From Podarcis vaucheri (taxonomy: Eukaryota), in assembly GCA_965113315.1 (NCBI GenBank), contig OZ220365.1: a stretch of 64,000 nucleotides of DNA; one strand, written 5' to 3'. Position 1 is the first letter of the stretch. Each line of letters begins with the position of its first letter. The position numbers were made by a program, and so were the translations under genes. Under the pieces are notes generated by a model. The model was not told where the DNA came from and did not search any database. It saw only the letters and a list, made by a program, of their open reading frames with translations. Shown here in pieces: positions 1-11,929 of this stretch.

Positions 1-490
1 TCATGAGTGATATTCTGAATACCACTGGGTGGGTCATTAAGTGTAGATTAGTTGCTAAAGCTTTCGTGTCTTGACCTCTTGAGCTTGTGAAGAGTTTTTC
101 TGAGAAGATGGCTGTGCTGCATTTAGTTGTGCTCTGGCTTGGCTTCGTGTATAGGGGCGAGCTGTGGTTTTGTGCCTTGTGCCAGCCAGATCTGTGTAGG
201 GATTGCAGGGGGGTGCAGCATCCGGAGGTGCCACTCCATCCAGTAGCCAAACTATAGTGGCACCTCCGGATGCTGCACCCCCCTGCAATCCCTACACAGA
301 TCTGGCTGGCACAAGGCACAAAACCACAGCTCGCCCCTATACACGAAGCCAAGCCAGAGCACAACTAAATGCAGCACAGCCATCTTCTCAGAAAAACTCT
401 TCACAAGCTCAAGAGGTCAAGACACGAAAGCTTTAGCAACTAATCTACACTTAATGACCCACCCAGTGGTATTCAGAATATCACTCATGA
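1..490. repeat. Perfect long inverted repeat (arms 1-235 and 256-490, 20-nt spacer); probably continues left of the window
   Basis: 1-10 tcatgagtga is the reverse complement of 481-490 tcactcatga, and the arms match through ...gtgccact / agtggcac...; mirror-image ORFs 55..288(-) and 203..436(+). Confidence 0.97.
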
Positions 491-666
491 AATCACCCAA
501 GATATCCCTCAAGTAATTAAGGAACAAAAGAAGAAAAGGCACACTAATCTAGGAACTTCCTCTCTGCCCAGAACGTTGGAGGCTATACACCACACCCCTC
601 AACAGTATTTATAGGAACTCAAACACCAGACTCTGCTCTGTTCCAGTAACAAGAAGCCGAAAGCAC

Positions 667-708
667 CAGCCTGAAGATGACGAGTGAGACCTCGTCGAAA
701 CGTCGCAC
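667..708 (+). ncRNA. Minimal type I hammerhead ribozyme motif, copy 1
   Basis: CUGAAGA(U) at 671-678, stem II gacgag/tgagac loop/ctcgtc, GAAA at 697-700, CGUC at 701-704 (palindromic ACGU helix III). Helix I has only about 2 canonical bp. Confidence 0.75.
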
Positions 709-755
709 AGACACCCCGACTCTTACACGGGAAGACACCCGAAGACACCAAAACC

Positions 756-758
<3 letters not shown>

Positions 759-802
<44 letters not shown>
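759..802. repeat. (TA)n microsatellite
   Basis: Direct inspection. Confidence 0.98.
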
Positions 803-805
<3 letters not shown>

Positions 806-865
806 TCTTTCCTTGGCTCCAAGTCAAGATTCTGCTCTGTTCCAGTAACAAGAAGCCGAAAGCAC

Positions 866-907
866 CAGCCTGAAGATGACGAGTGAGACCTCGTCGAAAC
901 GTCGCAC
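866..907 (+). ncRNA. Minimal type I hammerhead ribozyme motif, copy 2
   Basis: Identical to copy 1, offset by 199 nt; CUGAAGA at 870-876, GUC ending at 903. Confidence 0.75.
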
Positions 908-985
908 AGACACCCCGACTCTTACACGGGAAGACACCCGAAGACACCAAAACCTGCATTCCTGTACCCGTGAAAATCTACGAAA

Positions 986-987
<2 letters not shown>

Positions 988-1033
<46 letters not shown>
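988..1033. repeat. (TA)n microsatellite
   Basis: Direct inspection. Confidence 0.98.
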
Positions 1034-1035
<2 letters not shown>

Positions 1036-2906
1036 AAGCAGTAGGGTGCTCTCTAATGACGTCATGTTTTCTGGGTGTCAGTACACTTTGCCATGAACCT
1101 GGAATGAAAGTTTGTTTATTTGTTTGTTTTAAATCCTTTCTTGGTATGCAGGTGAAGGGGAGGGGAAAGCCTGTGAGCACAAGGATCGTTAAATGCTAAA
1201 ACATGGAACTTTTTCTTAAATAAGCAATTAAATGGGATTATATGTGCTTTTAAAGGGTGGAGTATGATCTCAAAGTGGAAAGAGCTGTAACGTGTGAAAC
1301 ATTCATTGCAATTCTGGCAAGTCTGATAAAACTCTTTATTTGAAGAGAAAGAATCCATTGACATGGACTTCAATATAGTGCTGAATCACAGACTCAGATA
1401 CATTTTGAAGAAACAACAACTTTTCATGAAATTTCCACCACCCCCTTTCCATTTAAGATCTTGATTTCTTTTTTTCCTCCTTCCTTTTGGAAGGGAAAAA
1501 AGCAACTTCACAAAAGCCAGTAAAAAGCATTTCACTCTTTTATTACTTGCAAACTGCCAGAACAGTTTCAGAGAAATAGCAATCATTGTTAAAGAGAATA
1601 GGAGATATATACAGATAAGGCTTTAGAAACGGCCCCATTACTCTTCCTCTTTCCATAGCACAGCTGAATGCATATTTGATAATGCAGGGACTGACGGTGG
1701 ATAAACCACCAGGACCGTGGGCTGACTTTTTAAAAGCTATACCAGCAGGAACATATAGATTATGGAAACCAAGCCTTCCCTCTCCCCATCTGCAAAGGCG
1801 AAGAATGCTGCTTTCAAAACAGGCCATTTTGTTGTGCACATGCAGCAATTACTCCTGCTGTTCATAGAAATAAAATTTACCACTACATAAAAAGTTGAGG
1901 ACTTTTATCTCTCTCTTTTTTTGAAAAATGCAACATAGCTTGCATTTTCGTTCAATTCCATCATAAAAAAGGGGGGGGGAAATCTCTGATCCCAAACAGA
2001 ACCAAAGACACCTAAAGCCCTGCTATGCTGCTATTGACTCATTGGGAATTAATAAAGCACACAATCATGAATGGGATAAGCTAATAAATCATTATCCTTG
2101 CAACACCTTACAGTATGAGATGTAAAGATAAATGTGAGTATATGTTTAAGGGCACAAAGCAGATTTAGGGTAGCACAACCGGTTCAGCCACACTGGGCGC
2201 AGAGCTGCAGGGACCCCACAAGGCATTGCAACTCTGATGTAATGAATTGAGCAAAACAGAAGGCAAGAGGCAAGGGGGCTGAATTTAGGCCTTGCACAGG
2301 GAGCCGCTGAAATTTAAAAGACCAAAGACTACCTCTGAGGGCATCTCTTCAGGAGGTCAGAAAGCAGGGCTGCTGGCAAAGTGGGACAATAGCTAAAGGA
2401 GAGGAGACCCTTTGTGCATAGTTCTGTAATAACCTATTTCTTGTTCAACTCCTCTGACCTGCTCATTATTTAAACAGAGAACAAGACAACAAAGATAATT
2501 CTTATTTACTCCAATTGAAACATCACAGGCATTCTTGGAGCCTACAATAAAATACACAGTAGATAATCCTAAACTCCATGACTACAGTTTATCAGCTGTA
2601 TATACAGGAATGTAGGTGCCTACACATCTGTCAATTCGTGCTTACAAATAAATTCATCATTTTCCATTTATTGATTTTCTGCATTTTTTAAAAAAGGGTT
2701 AAATTTAAATAAATGGCTGTGTTAATCTAACATACTGAAGGAAGTCATAAGTCAAAGCTACCACCCTTTCCTTATTTTCTTTTATATCTCTTAGGATAGT
2801 AACATAACAATACCAAAAAAGCACACACACCCTACAGCCAATTATGGTTTTAACTCTCAATCCTATATATTTAAGTTTGTTATAAGCTATGGAAGTTATA
2901 AGCTAT

Positions 2907-3324
2907 GGAAGTGAGAGCTGGAAGTGAGAGCTGGACCATAAAGAAGGCTGATCGCCGAAGAATTGATGCTTTTGAGTTATGGTGCTAGAGAGTCCCATGG
3001 ACTGCAAGAAGATCAAACGTATCCATTCTTAAGGAAATCAGCCCTGAGTGCTCACTGGAAGGACAGATCATGAAGTTGAGGCTCCAATACTTTGGCCACC
3101 TCATGAGAAAAGAAGACTCCCTGGAAAAGACCCTGATGTTGGGAAAGATGGAGGGCACAAGGAGAAGGGGCCGACAGAGGACGAGATGGTTTGACAGTGT
3201 TCTCAAAGCTACAAACATGAGCCTGACCAAACTGCGGGAGGCAGTGGAAGACAGGAGTGCCTGGCGTGCTCTGGTCCATGGGGTCACGAAGAATCGGACA
3301 CGACTAAACGACTAAACAACAACA
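2907..3324 (+). mobile_element. BovB (RTE clade) LINE, 5'-truncated 3' fragment
   Basis: Peptide KLRLQYFGHLMRKEDSLEKTLMLGKMEGTRRRGRQRTRW...WRALVHGVTKNRTRLND; (CAA)n-type tail; TSD ataagctatg at 2882-2891/2898-2907 and 3325-3334. Confidence 0.93.
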
Positions 3325-3344
3325 ATAAGCTATGAACCAGCTCA

Positions 3345-3590
3345 GCACTGAGCATGGTGGAACCCAGGTAGACAAAATTGTCTAGCACCTCAAGTGCGGG
3401 GTCACCAGTGCTGATGCTTGGAGTACTGGTGATGTCCTGACCCAGGATGTTAGTCTTCGTCAGGCTGATGGTAAAGCCACACTCCCTGCAGGTTTGGGCA
3501 AAATGGTTGATGAGTCTCTGTAGAGCTTCCTCAGAGTACGCTGTCAAGTCTGCATCAAGGCTTCCACAGAGTGCAGTGTCAAGGCTGATT
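3345..3590 (-). mobile_element. RTE-clade LINE reverse transcriptase fragment (older, not BovB)
   Basis: DADLTAYSEEALQRLINHFAQTCRECGFTISLTKTNIL...LEVLDNFVYLGS matches RT motifs downstream of FADD. Confidence 0.82.
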
Positions 3591-4185
3591 AATCTACCAA
3601 TTAAATTGAGGATAGCTTGTAGTTCTAGTTTTAGCATCTAGTTAACCAAGAGGCCTATATAAACACATAAAACCTTAACGTTTTTAGGAATTGCAGCAGC
3701 TGTTTGCCACCCTATGATTGTATTCTGACTGAATCTTACAAGCTCAGAATCCATATTGGGCAAGCATCCAGACTTCTAAGGAATGGTTCAGTGTCAAAGC
3801 AAGTTCTCTAGCGTTAGAGACACCATAGGATACATTGTTCTCTGAGCCAGCCGAGAACTAATGCCCCAACAGGGACTGTTGTAATTAAAGGAACAGCAGT
3901 CTACATTTACTCTGAAACAGAGAGAAAAAAGGAGGTTGGTGGAAGTTCAATAGGAGGTGAGCACTGGCCACTATAGATGCAGGCTAGATTTTTTAAACTG
4001 TCCATTTTTAATAAATAAATAAATTTTTCAGAGGTCTTTTTTTAAAAAAGGAAACACAGCTGCGATTACAAAAATTGTAACTATGCTGGAATAACAGAGC
4101 ATATCTCTCAGTGCTTTTGGCCACACATACATCCTTTATTTCCCTTATACCATATTTTGTGACCATCAGATGCAATATTTTAAAA

Positions 4186-4553
4186 GGGCTGCGGGTGGTG
4201 TCGTGGTCTAAACCACTGAGCCTCTCGGGTTTGCAGATCAGAAGGTCGGCAGTTTGAATTCATGTGGCAGTGGTGAGCTCCCATTGCTCTGTCCCAGCTT
4301 CTGCCAACCTATCAGTTCAAAAGCACACCAGTGCAAGTAGATAAATAGGTACCGCTGCAGCAGGAAGGTAAATTGCATTTCCATGCGCACTTGTCACGGT
4401 GTCCCATTGCGCCATAAGAGGTTAAGTCATGCGGGTCAAATGACCCGGAAAGCTGTTTGTGGACAAACGCCGGATCCCTCGGCCTGTAAAGTGACACGAG
4501 CACCACACCCCATAGTTTCCTTTGACTGGACTTAACCATCCAGGGGTCCTTTA

Positions 4554-4554
<1 letters not shown>
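4186..4554 (+). mobile_element. Sauria SINE
   Basis: tRNA-like head, core gtgcaagtagataaataggtaccgc, 3' ggggtcctttac; homologous to four other copies in the window. Confidence 0.9.

Positions 4555-4611
<57 letters not shown>
4555..4611. repeat. (ATT)n microsatellite
   Basis: Direct inspection. Confidence 0.97.
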
Positions 4612-5949
4612 TTAAAGAGCCAAATGTGGAGTTGAATGATCTCTTCTAAACTCAGGAATGAGAGAATTCTGATTTATCCTATATGCAAATAGTGATATTT
4701 AGTTCTCCGAGTACAAATCCTTGTGTAGACAAAATGGCACAATTCATACAGACGCAGGAGGTAGCTACAGTTTTGGGACAACCCTGAGATTCGAAGAAGT
4801 GCCACTTTATTGAGAAAAATCCTAAAGGGGTTAAGGCATCTCAAAACAGCTCAGTGAGGATAGAGCATCCTCAGTGAGCATGGGATGCTGACGGGTGGTT
4901 GTAGGAGGGGAAAACTGAAAATTAGATGTGAAGGAGGGGTCCTTGAAGGGGGCATGGCTCACTGGCTGGACCTCTGAAAAACACCAGTCCACACTTCAGC
5001 ACATTGGCACAAATCCCATTTGTAATGGTTTTATCATCTTTTGAGATTTAATATGTTGCTGATTATCAATAATAATTTTATTTTAATAAAATAAAACACT
5101 AGGCTCCACTAACTCTTTGCTTTCTTTTTGTCTTGTTGCATTTGACAGGTATCCCAAAAAGCTGAGAAAATCAATTGCTTCCTTAGGTGCTTGCTGCGTT
5201 AAGAACACTATATTTTTAATTGAGATGGCCATTTGCTAGGAGATAAGCTGCATCGCCCCACTGCCTATTCAAATGGTTGGCTCTGCTTTAGTAGGTTTTT
5301 TGGGGTTTTTTTGAAGATGTAATCCTAGCAAATCTAACGGCTTCCTTTGGCACTTCCTCCTGCCACTTTCCATGTCACTAGGATTGCACATTGCCCGCAG
5401 CAGCCAGGAAGGCCTTGGCTGATTCAAAAATATTGGGCGAGAGACTGCCAAGGCAGAGTGGACTAGGTGCAGGCACTGATCTCTAGGATTTCCAGCATGT
5501 CTCGTGCAGATCTCCCATTCACTAATAGCTGCGTAGGGAACAGACACAGTGGTATCATTAGCATATGCTTTGGATTTGTACGAAGGGGAGCCTGTGTGTC
5601 ACGAAGAAATATAGAAAGGCAGCCAAGGCTTTGGAAGGATCAGAACAAATTGGACCGAGCCAAGGAACTTCTGCTGCCAAGGGAAGTAAACAGGCTTGAC
5701 ATTTGAGTGCTATTGACCGAGAGTGAGACTTTTGCTGTGGCAGTAACGTATTTAGGTCCCTGGACTGAAGTTTTGCAATAAATATCAAGGGTATGTAGGA
5801 AACAGATATTTCAGAAGCCAGCTGCTTCATTGCGTTTTCTATTCAGAAATGGTTCTACAGTTGCAGAGGCTGTCGAATAAGAAAAGGAGAGGGAAAAGAC
5901 TAGCGGTTTCCCAAGTGAGTCATTAAGAGGTCACATTCGCATCACACAA

Positions 5950-6075
5950 CTAAGGCACGATACCACTTTAAAAGTCATGGCTTCTCCCAAAGAATTCTGG
6001 GAGATGTAGTTTGTTAAGAGTGCTGAAAGTTGTTAGGAGACCCCTATTCCCCTCACAGAGCTACAATTCTAAAAG
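5950..6075 (+). repeat. Interspersed lizard repeat of unassigned class; related copy on the opposite strand at about 26670-26780
   Basis: Shared tgggagatgtagtttgttaag...gttaggagacc..tattcc.ctcacagagct sequence. Confidence 0.55.
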
Positions 6076-6323
6076 TGGGGGAGAGGAATGTGCAGAATCT
6101 CACGTCACTTGTTCTCTTCTTTTTCAACTACAGTTTTCCATTCAGTTTAACACCATATTATGAAAGGAAAGATATTATGAAGCACATATTCGTTTTTGCA
6201 GTTAAAGATCCAAACCGGAAGTATGGAAATGAGGGCAAATTGAGAAGATGTGCTATCGCAGTTTCCCATCTCCTTCTGTCCGTGTGCATCCATGCAAGAA
6301 CAAAATTATCCATTTAAATCAGT

Positions 6324-6514
6324 TACAGGTAGGTAGCCGTGTTGGTCTGCCGTAGTCAAAACAAAATTTAAAAAATCCTTCCAGTAACACCTTAGAGACC
6401 AACTAAGTTAGTTATTGCTTTGAGCTTCCATGTGCATGCACACAAAAGCTCATACCAATAACTAACTTAGTTGGTCTCTAAGGTGCTACTGGAAGGATTT
6501 TTTTTATTTTGTTT
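6324..6514. mobile_element. Fold-back remnant of a Penelope/Neptune-type pLTR (two inverted tails)
   Basis: Arms at about 6358-6428 and 6445-6514 are near-perfect reverse complements around the palindrome tgtgcatgcaca (6431-6442); tacaggtaggtagccgtgttggtctg terminus resembles reptile PLE ends. Confidence 0.72.
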
Positions 6515-9500
6515 CATTGAAATCAGTGAGAGGCAGGCATAACTGGGACCAATACAGAGCAGGCCAGAAGTGGACCGGAGACATAAGTAAGACTTTGAAT
6601 CTGTAGGAGTCCACTGATGCTCCTGTGCCTAGGAGGTTGCTACCTGCAAAAAGAAGCAGCTTAGCAATGAGTTCAGGAGTGAGAGTTTGTTACAACGAAC
6701 AGATGGAAGGTTGATTTCCATCTGCCGTATGACTTCACACAAGGCGCACCCTAACCTACAGAGTAGGCATGGAGAATCTAGTGCTGTGTGGCTGCTGCAA
6801 TGTATCCCCTAAAATGTGCAGAAATAACCTGAATAAAATTCCAAATCTGTACGAAGCTCACCGACCTTCCCACGCTCTGCAGACAGGCAGGAAGAAAAGA
6901 CAACGATGGAATATTTTTGCACTGTTTCTGTGAAGAGACTTGCCCTCTTTGAAGCAGAGCCATGGGTTGCATTTTGCCTGCATGCTGCATAGATGTAAAA
7001 TATATGCCTTAAAATATATGTTGCCAGAGGAGAAGACAATGCAAACTGGAACGATGGAAACAGGCCTCCCAGTACTCTCCTCATTGCTGCTTGGCCCGAT
7101 TCAGTTTGTGAAGAGGAGGTTGAGCAATTGCTATCATTTGGGCTGGAACTGCTCCAGGCTCTGGCACATTAAACTACAACAGAAGATGGAAGCAGGACTC
7201 TTGGAATCAATTTATAATCATTTCAGGCACTGTAGTTCACGTGCAGAGCAGGAGCCAAGTTGGCTTGAGAAACTCTGCCACACACAGCACCACATCTATT
7301 CCCCTGACAATGCTCCTCCCCACACACATTTACAGTTGTGTTCTGAAGCAGAATTCAGTAGCCTGGGAGGTTTCTAGCGCAGACACAGAATCATTGTTTA
7401 GAATGCACAGTGTATACATGGCACTCTTAGGGCCTATTAGGAGCTGTGGGGAGCTGCACTGGGATTCTGTTACAATACAGGTGTGTTTAAAATCCTGCCA
7501 ATGTCTTATCCTGCTTTCAATGATCTTGTATATAAATTATAAACTCTCCCCATTCTTTTTTAAAGTTCTTGTCTTCTTGGTTCCTGAACTCCCCAGTTAA
7601 TTTCACCATTTCAGCAAAGCCCATCAGCTTGATTTGCCATTCTTCTCTGGCCTCTCTTCCCTCCTTCTCTCCCTCATATGTATATTAAATGTATTGATGC
7701 ATGCTGGAGATGTGTCTTGAGTGCTTGAAGGCCAAACCTTATCCAGATATTTCAGAAAAACATAATTGACTCATCAACATCTCTTCCATCAGTTATTGTT
7801 CAAGTGGAGAATTGTTAAATGCAGATGAGATTCCTCAGGGAAACCTTAAAACTGTTTGTTCTTGAGAATGCAAGAAGTTTGCTTATCCCCACCAATACAA
7901 CAAAGCCAGTTTATTTCAACAGCACTTATCCTGGATAATGAAGAGAACATTTCCCCCCAACATTGGCCTCAAAGAAACTAATAAAGAATCACTATTCTAT
8001 TGTAAAGTCGTTGGAAATTTTTTTTTCCCTTTCACAGAAAAGCCATCAAAGTATTCTGAGGGCAATATTGTGGCATTATGTTTATGGAAAAGCCAATAAA
8101 CATATCCCAAAGTCAACAATTTTAGTGTTTAGCACTTATTTCCTTACTCAGGGTGGATGGTATTTTATATTCATTCATGCTCTGATGAGTCCCATCACAT
8201 AGCTACTTTATTAAAATTGCAGGTGAGCGAAATCATAAATTCTAACACGCTTCTGTTCTGAACAATCTATGGAGCACAAGATTGGAAGCATAAAATAAAG
8301 TAAGGAAAACCATGTTGCATTCCACTGGGAAACATATTTTATCCTTCAGAGGAATATTAGAAACACATGTTTTAGAAATTGAGGTGAGGCGCATTGGACC
8401 ATCTTCCCAAGGGATATTTCTTTGCCTCCGGCACACTTTTCTCTTGTCAGTTATGTCGCAGAAGCAGAAGTTCAATGCTTAAATCTGTGTAGCTTTTGCA
8501 TAGCATTTTTCTTAATTCCAAAACATTTCCAATATACTAACAGGATTTCTTTTCGCAAACACTTTTAACACGTCGTGAAGATTTGCTACTCTCTTTCCCA
8601 GGGGTTGTTTGAACCGCTGGGGTATTTTTCTTTCCGCATCTGTTCACAGAGACACTCTCATTTGCTGTAACTTATGTCCAAGATGATAATTTCACTTTGC
8701 TATGCACTCAGTTTCTATCAAACGCGCTCACAACACAGTATGCGAAACGGTGGAAACACCTGTCATCGATGCAAATGACTCATGGTCCAGCCCTAAGATT
8801 CACTAAATTTGTATATTAGAGCTTAGAATGAGGCTTACCAACTGCTGAGCCTGCTAAGTGTCACAAGCAATGACAGTGCCCTTTATGAGAAGAGCTTGCT
8901 CATATTATGGGGAAATTTATTTTGAAAAGGAAAAAAAAAAATCAGCAAGTGGTGAGATATGGAATAGAGATGTCACAGCAAATCCCTTGAGGCAGCTCTC
9001 ATTTTTACATCAGGTAACTAAGCCCCATACTCTGTGAGATGTATATTGGCTTTAATTATGCAGAAATTGAAAACAAAAGCCCACAACCATTTTAAGCCGT
9101 TAATGCTCTGCTCTTCTTAGCTCCTAAACGTAAGCTGTAAAACAATGGCTGATTACATAATGAATCTTCAGCAAGAAGATGTAAATATTAAATGAGTTTT
9201 GAACTTAAATTATTAACCTGATTGTTAATGTAAGGGTTTTGATTTTCAAAGGAACTGCATATAGCAAGGGGTAGATTAAAGACTTTTATATAGATAATGG
9301 CTGAGATGGGGGGGTGCTTTTTGCATACATCTTAAGCATCATTTAAAAATATAAAAAAACCACCCCCACTCTTTTCAGGTACTGCATTTAAACGGGGTGG
9401 TTGAAAGTTAGAATTAGACCAAGTGATAACCCAATTATCTGGGATCACATATTTGACTGATGCACTTCCAGTATGTACCATAGCCATATCTGCTTAGCTA

Positions 9501-9519
9501 CCTAGCATAGCTATGGATG

Positions 9520-9991
9520 TCATCTCACTTACTGAATGATCTTTGACAACCCTTTGGCACTCTCAGGGTATGAAAGTTGCAGAAGCTGGAAGCCTCTCTC
9601 CTCCTTCCCTTATTTAAGAGTTTCCTTCTGTGCATTCTTCCGGCATGATTCAGCTTTTGTTATCTGCTCTTTCCATTTTTCAGCTCTCCTTTCTTGTGCT
9701 GAGAAAGTGGGGGGAGAAGGGGCCGGAAGGGGACTGTCCTGTAACGTGGAAAATGCAGCCTCTACTCTCTCCCTATCAGGGTCTGTGCCCACACTGTGCC
9801 TTTCACCCTCACCCTCACCCTCACCACTCTCTGGCTCCAAGACTTCCCTGATGGTTCCCTCTCTGGAGTGCTCATCCCTACCTCACCAGCCTGAATCAGG
9901 CTCAAAATCTCCCTCTTCCCCAGGGTCATTCTCTGGTACTTCCTGGGCAACTGGCAGCTACCACTCCTCTCCATCTAGCCAGTCCCTGACA
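9520..9991 (-). mobile_element. Degraded Gypsy-type solo LTR (left boundary approximate)
   Basis: Ends ...agccagtccctgaca (TGTCAGGG on the minus strand); terminal about 30 bp homologous to the solo LTR at 51173-51751. Confidence 0.72.
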
Positions 9992-11929
9992 CCAGCATGT
10001 GCGAGCCTACACTTCTTTTGTAGACCCATGACATGACCTAGCTCCTAGCTGCTCCTCGCTGTGATTGGTTGAGCTACAGGGTGGAGCCAATTCATATTTC
10101 ATTTTCTTCAGTCCATCTCCCATGTAGCTGTCCTAGCCATCTGCCTGAATCTAAGAGAATGAGGGAAGCACAGGAGCATTTATTTGACCTGCACCAGAAC
10201 CAGGGGCAACCCCCAAATGAGCTAACTACAGCTTAACATAGTTCTTAGCACCTCTGCAGGCAGTGAACTTCTAGCTTCTAGCACCTCTGCAGGCGCTGTT
10301 GTCAAGTTGGCATCTGTTCAGGGCTGCCCCAAGTCACCCCATGACTTACTGTAAGAACTTCATGATGAGTTCTGGCACCTCTTTTTCTTGAAAAAAAAGC
10401 ACTGATTTGAAGTATTTTGATAGTATGGAATCTATTCTGGTATGTTATTGATATGTATTCTTTAAATCCAACTTTTTCACAGCCTTTGGTTTCACTTCCT
10501 TGAGGAGGATCGTTGACCTCCCACTCACATTTAATAATAATTGCAGTCTCACCAGAGCCTGTAGGAGCTTTGCCTTTAACTTTCATCGAAGCATGATCTA
10601 ACTCTTCCTAATTAATTGTGTGTGCATAGAAAAAGTCAAATTAAAAATTCCACGGGTAGTTTATTAAAAAATTAAAAGCAGCAGCTCCTTTGTTCACGAG
10701 AGTTGATTAACCTTTGTAGGTGGATGGCACAATTATAATGTTGTTTAATTACTAAATGACACTATAGATCACCAGCTTTATTAATCATCTGGACAACAAT
10801 AACTTTCACGCGGTATTGTGAGCTACAAAATGAATATGCAGCTTCTGTGGGGAAGTTTGTTTTGTTTTTTCGAAATCAGTGTGCAGCCTGAACATAAATA
10901 TACGTTGAAACCAGCCAAACAGAATATATACAATAAACACAAGATAATTGACCATATAAAACAAACAACAACTGAGGTACAGCATCTGTTTATTTTTACA
11001 TGCATACCTTGACATGTAACAGTGATGGATGTGAGACTAATAGTGACCGGCAGAGCAAGCCACACCCCTTTTACACTGAGATGGAGAGAACTGGATTGGT
11101 CAGAGGTGTCCCTTCACCAAGCCTGCTGATATCCATTCACATCCTGCTGGCTACTGCCCATGGAATAGTGCCTGCATCACTTTCCTAGACTGGAACTGAC
11201 TAGCTGGTGAGAATTGCTACCGGTGGGTTCCCTACCACCAGCTGCTAGCAGAAAGCCCCATTGTTCCTTAGCATTCATCAGCTCTGACATCTAATTTCAG
11301 ACTTGTTCTATGAACCATTGAGAAATGGTAGGCTGCAATGATTAAATGCTGCAGGAAGTTGCAAACAATGTTGGAGGTTCGTAGGGCCTGAATCTCAAGA
11401 TTGTATATACATTGTATATAATTGTATATTAACTTTGAATTCTTTTATTCTTTTAATTTTAGGGTTGTACTATTGTCACCCAGTGGCACAGAGGGGGTTG
11501 CCCCAGGTACAAAATTGTTAGGGGCACAAATTGTTAGGTGCTGCATCAATACAGTTGCATGCTTCTGTTACTGGGCTTTGTTGAAAATGGTTTCTCCATG
11601 CAAACCAGGAAGCGACCTCTCCAGACAATGGAACAACTCTTTCTTTCTTATCTGTGCAGCTGTGATCTCCTGGGCGATGTGGTCACCGTTAGGCAGTACT
11701 CCATTTCCCTCGCTTCCCCCCTCCATGCAGCCCTGGGTGCTGGCAACCCACGCTACAACACTGTTGTAACCTACTCTGAGACCGTACAGTGAGTGATGGC
11801 TAAGAAACATAAATAAATGCAATTTGAGGCCAAGGAAGGACTTCCAAACAGTAGAGAGCAAAGTTGAAGGGTTCTTAAGGGCCAAAAAGCCAAAAGAAGG
11901 AATCAAATCAAATCAGTATTTATTATTTA

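Larger units (their letters stand above)
1..988 (+). mobile_element. Penelope-like retroelement (PLE) terminal/pLTR region: inverted copy plus two tandem direct pLTR copies
   Basis: Inverted-plus-tandem end structure; about 130-bp direct repeat (about 632-760 and 831-959); hammerhead core in each copy; tail ccgtgaaaatctacgaaagca abutting (TA)n. No RT or GIY-YIG sequence in the window. Confidence 0.8.

Noticed and set aside
632-988. Direct repeats as a CRISPR array
   Set aside because: Only two long copies with a microsatellite spacer, in eukaryotic DNA, with no cas genes.
55-1199. ORFs with IYIYIY runs and mirror-image 77-aa ORFs
   Set aside because: Artefacts of (TA)n tracts and the palindrome.
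6940-7600. 145-aa and 119-aa ORFs
   Set aside because: Non-ATG starts, no recognisable domain and no exon structure.
9536-10036. 166-aa Ser/Pro-rich plus-strand ORF (also 51390-51749 and 61733-62218)
   Set aside because: Antisense shadows of the purine-rich LTR U3 frames.
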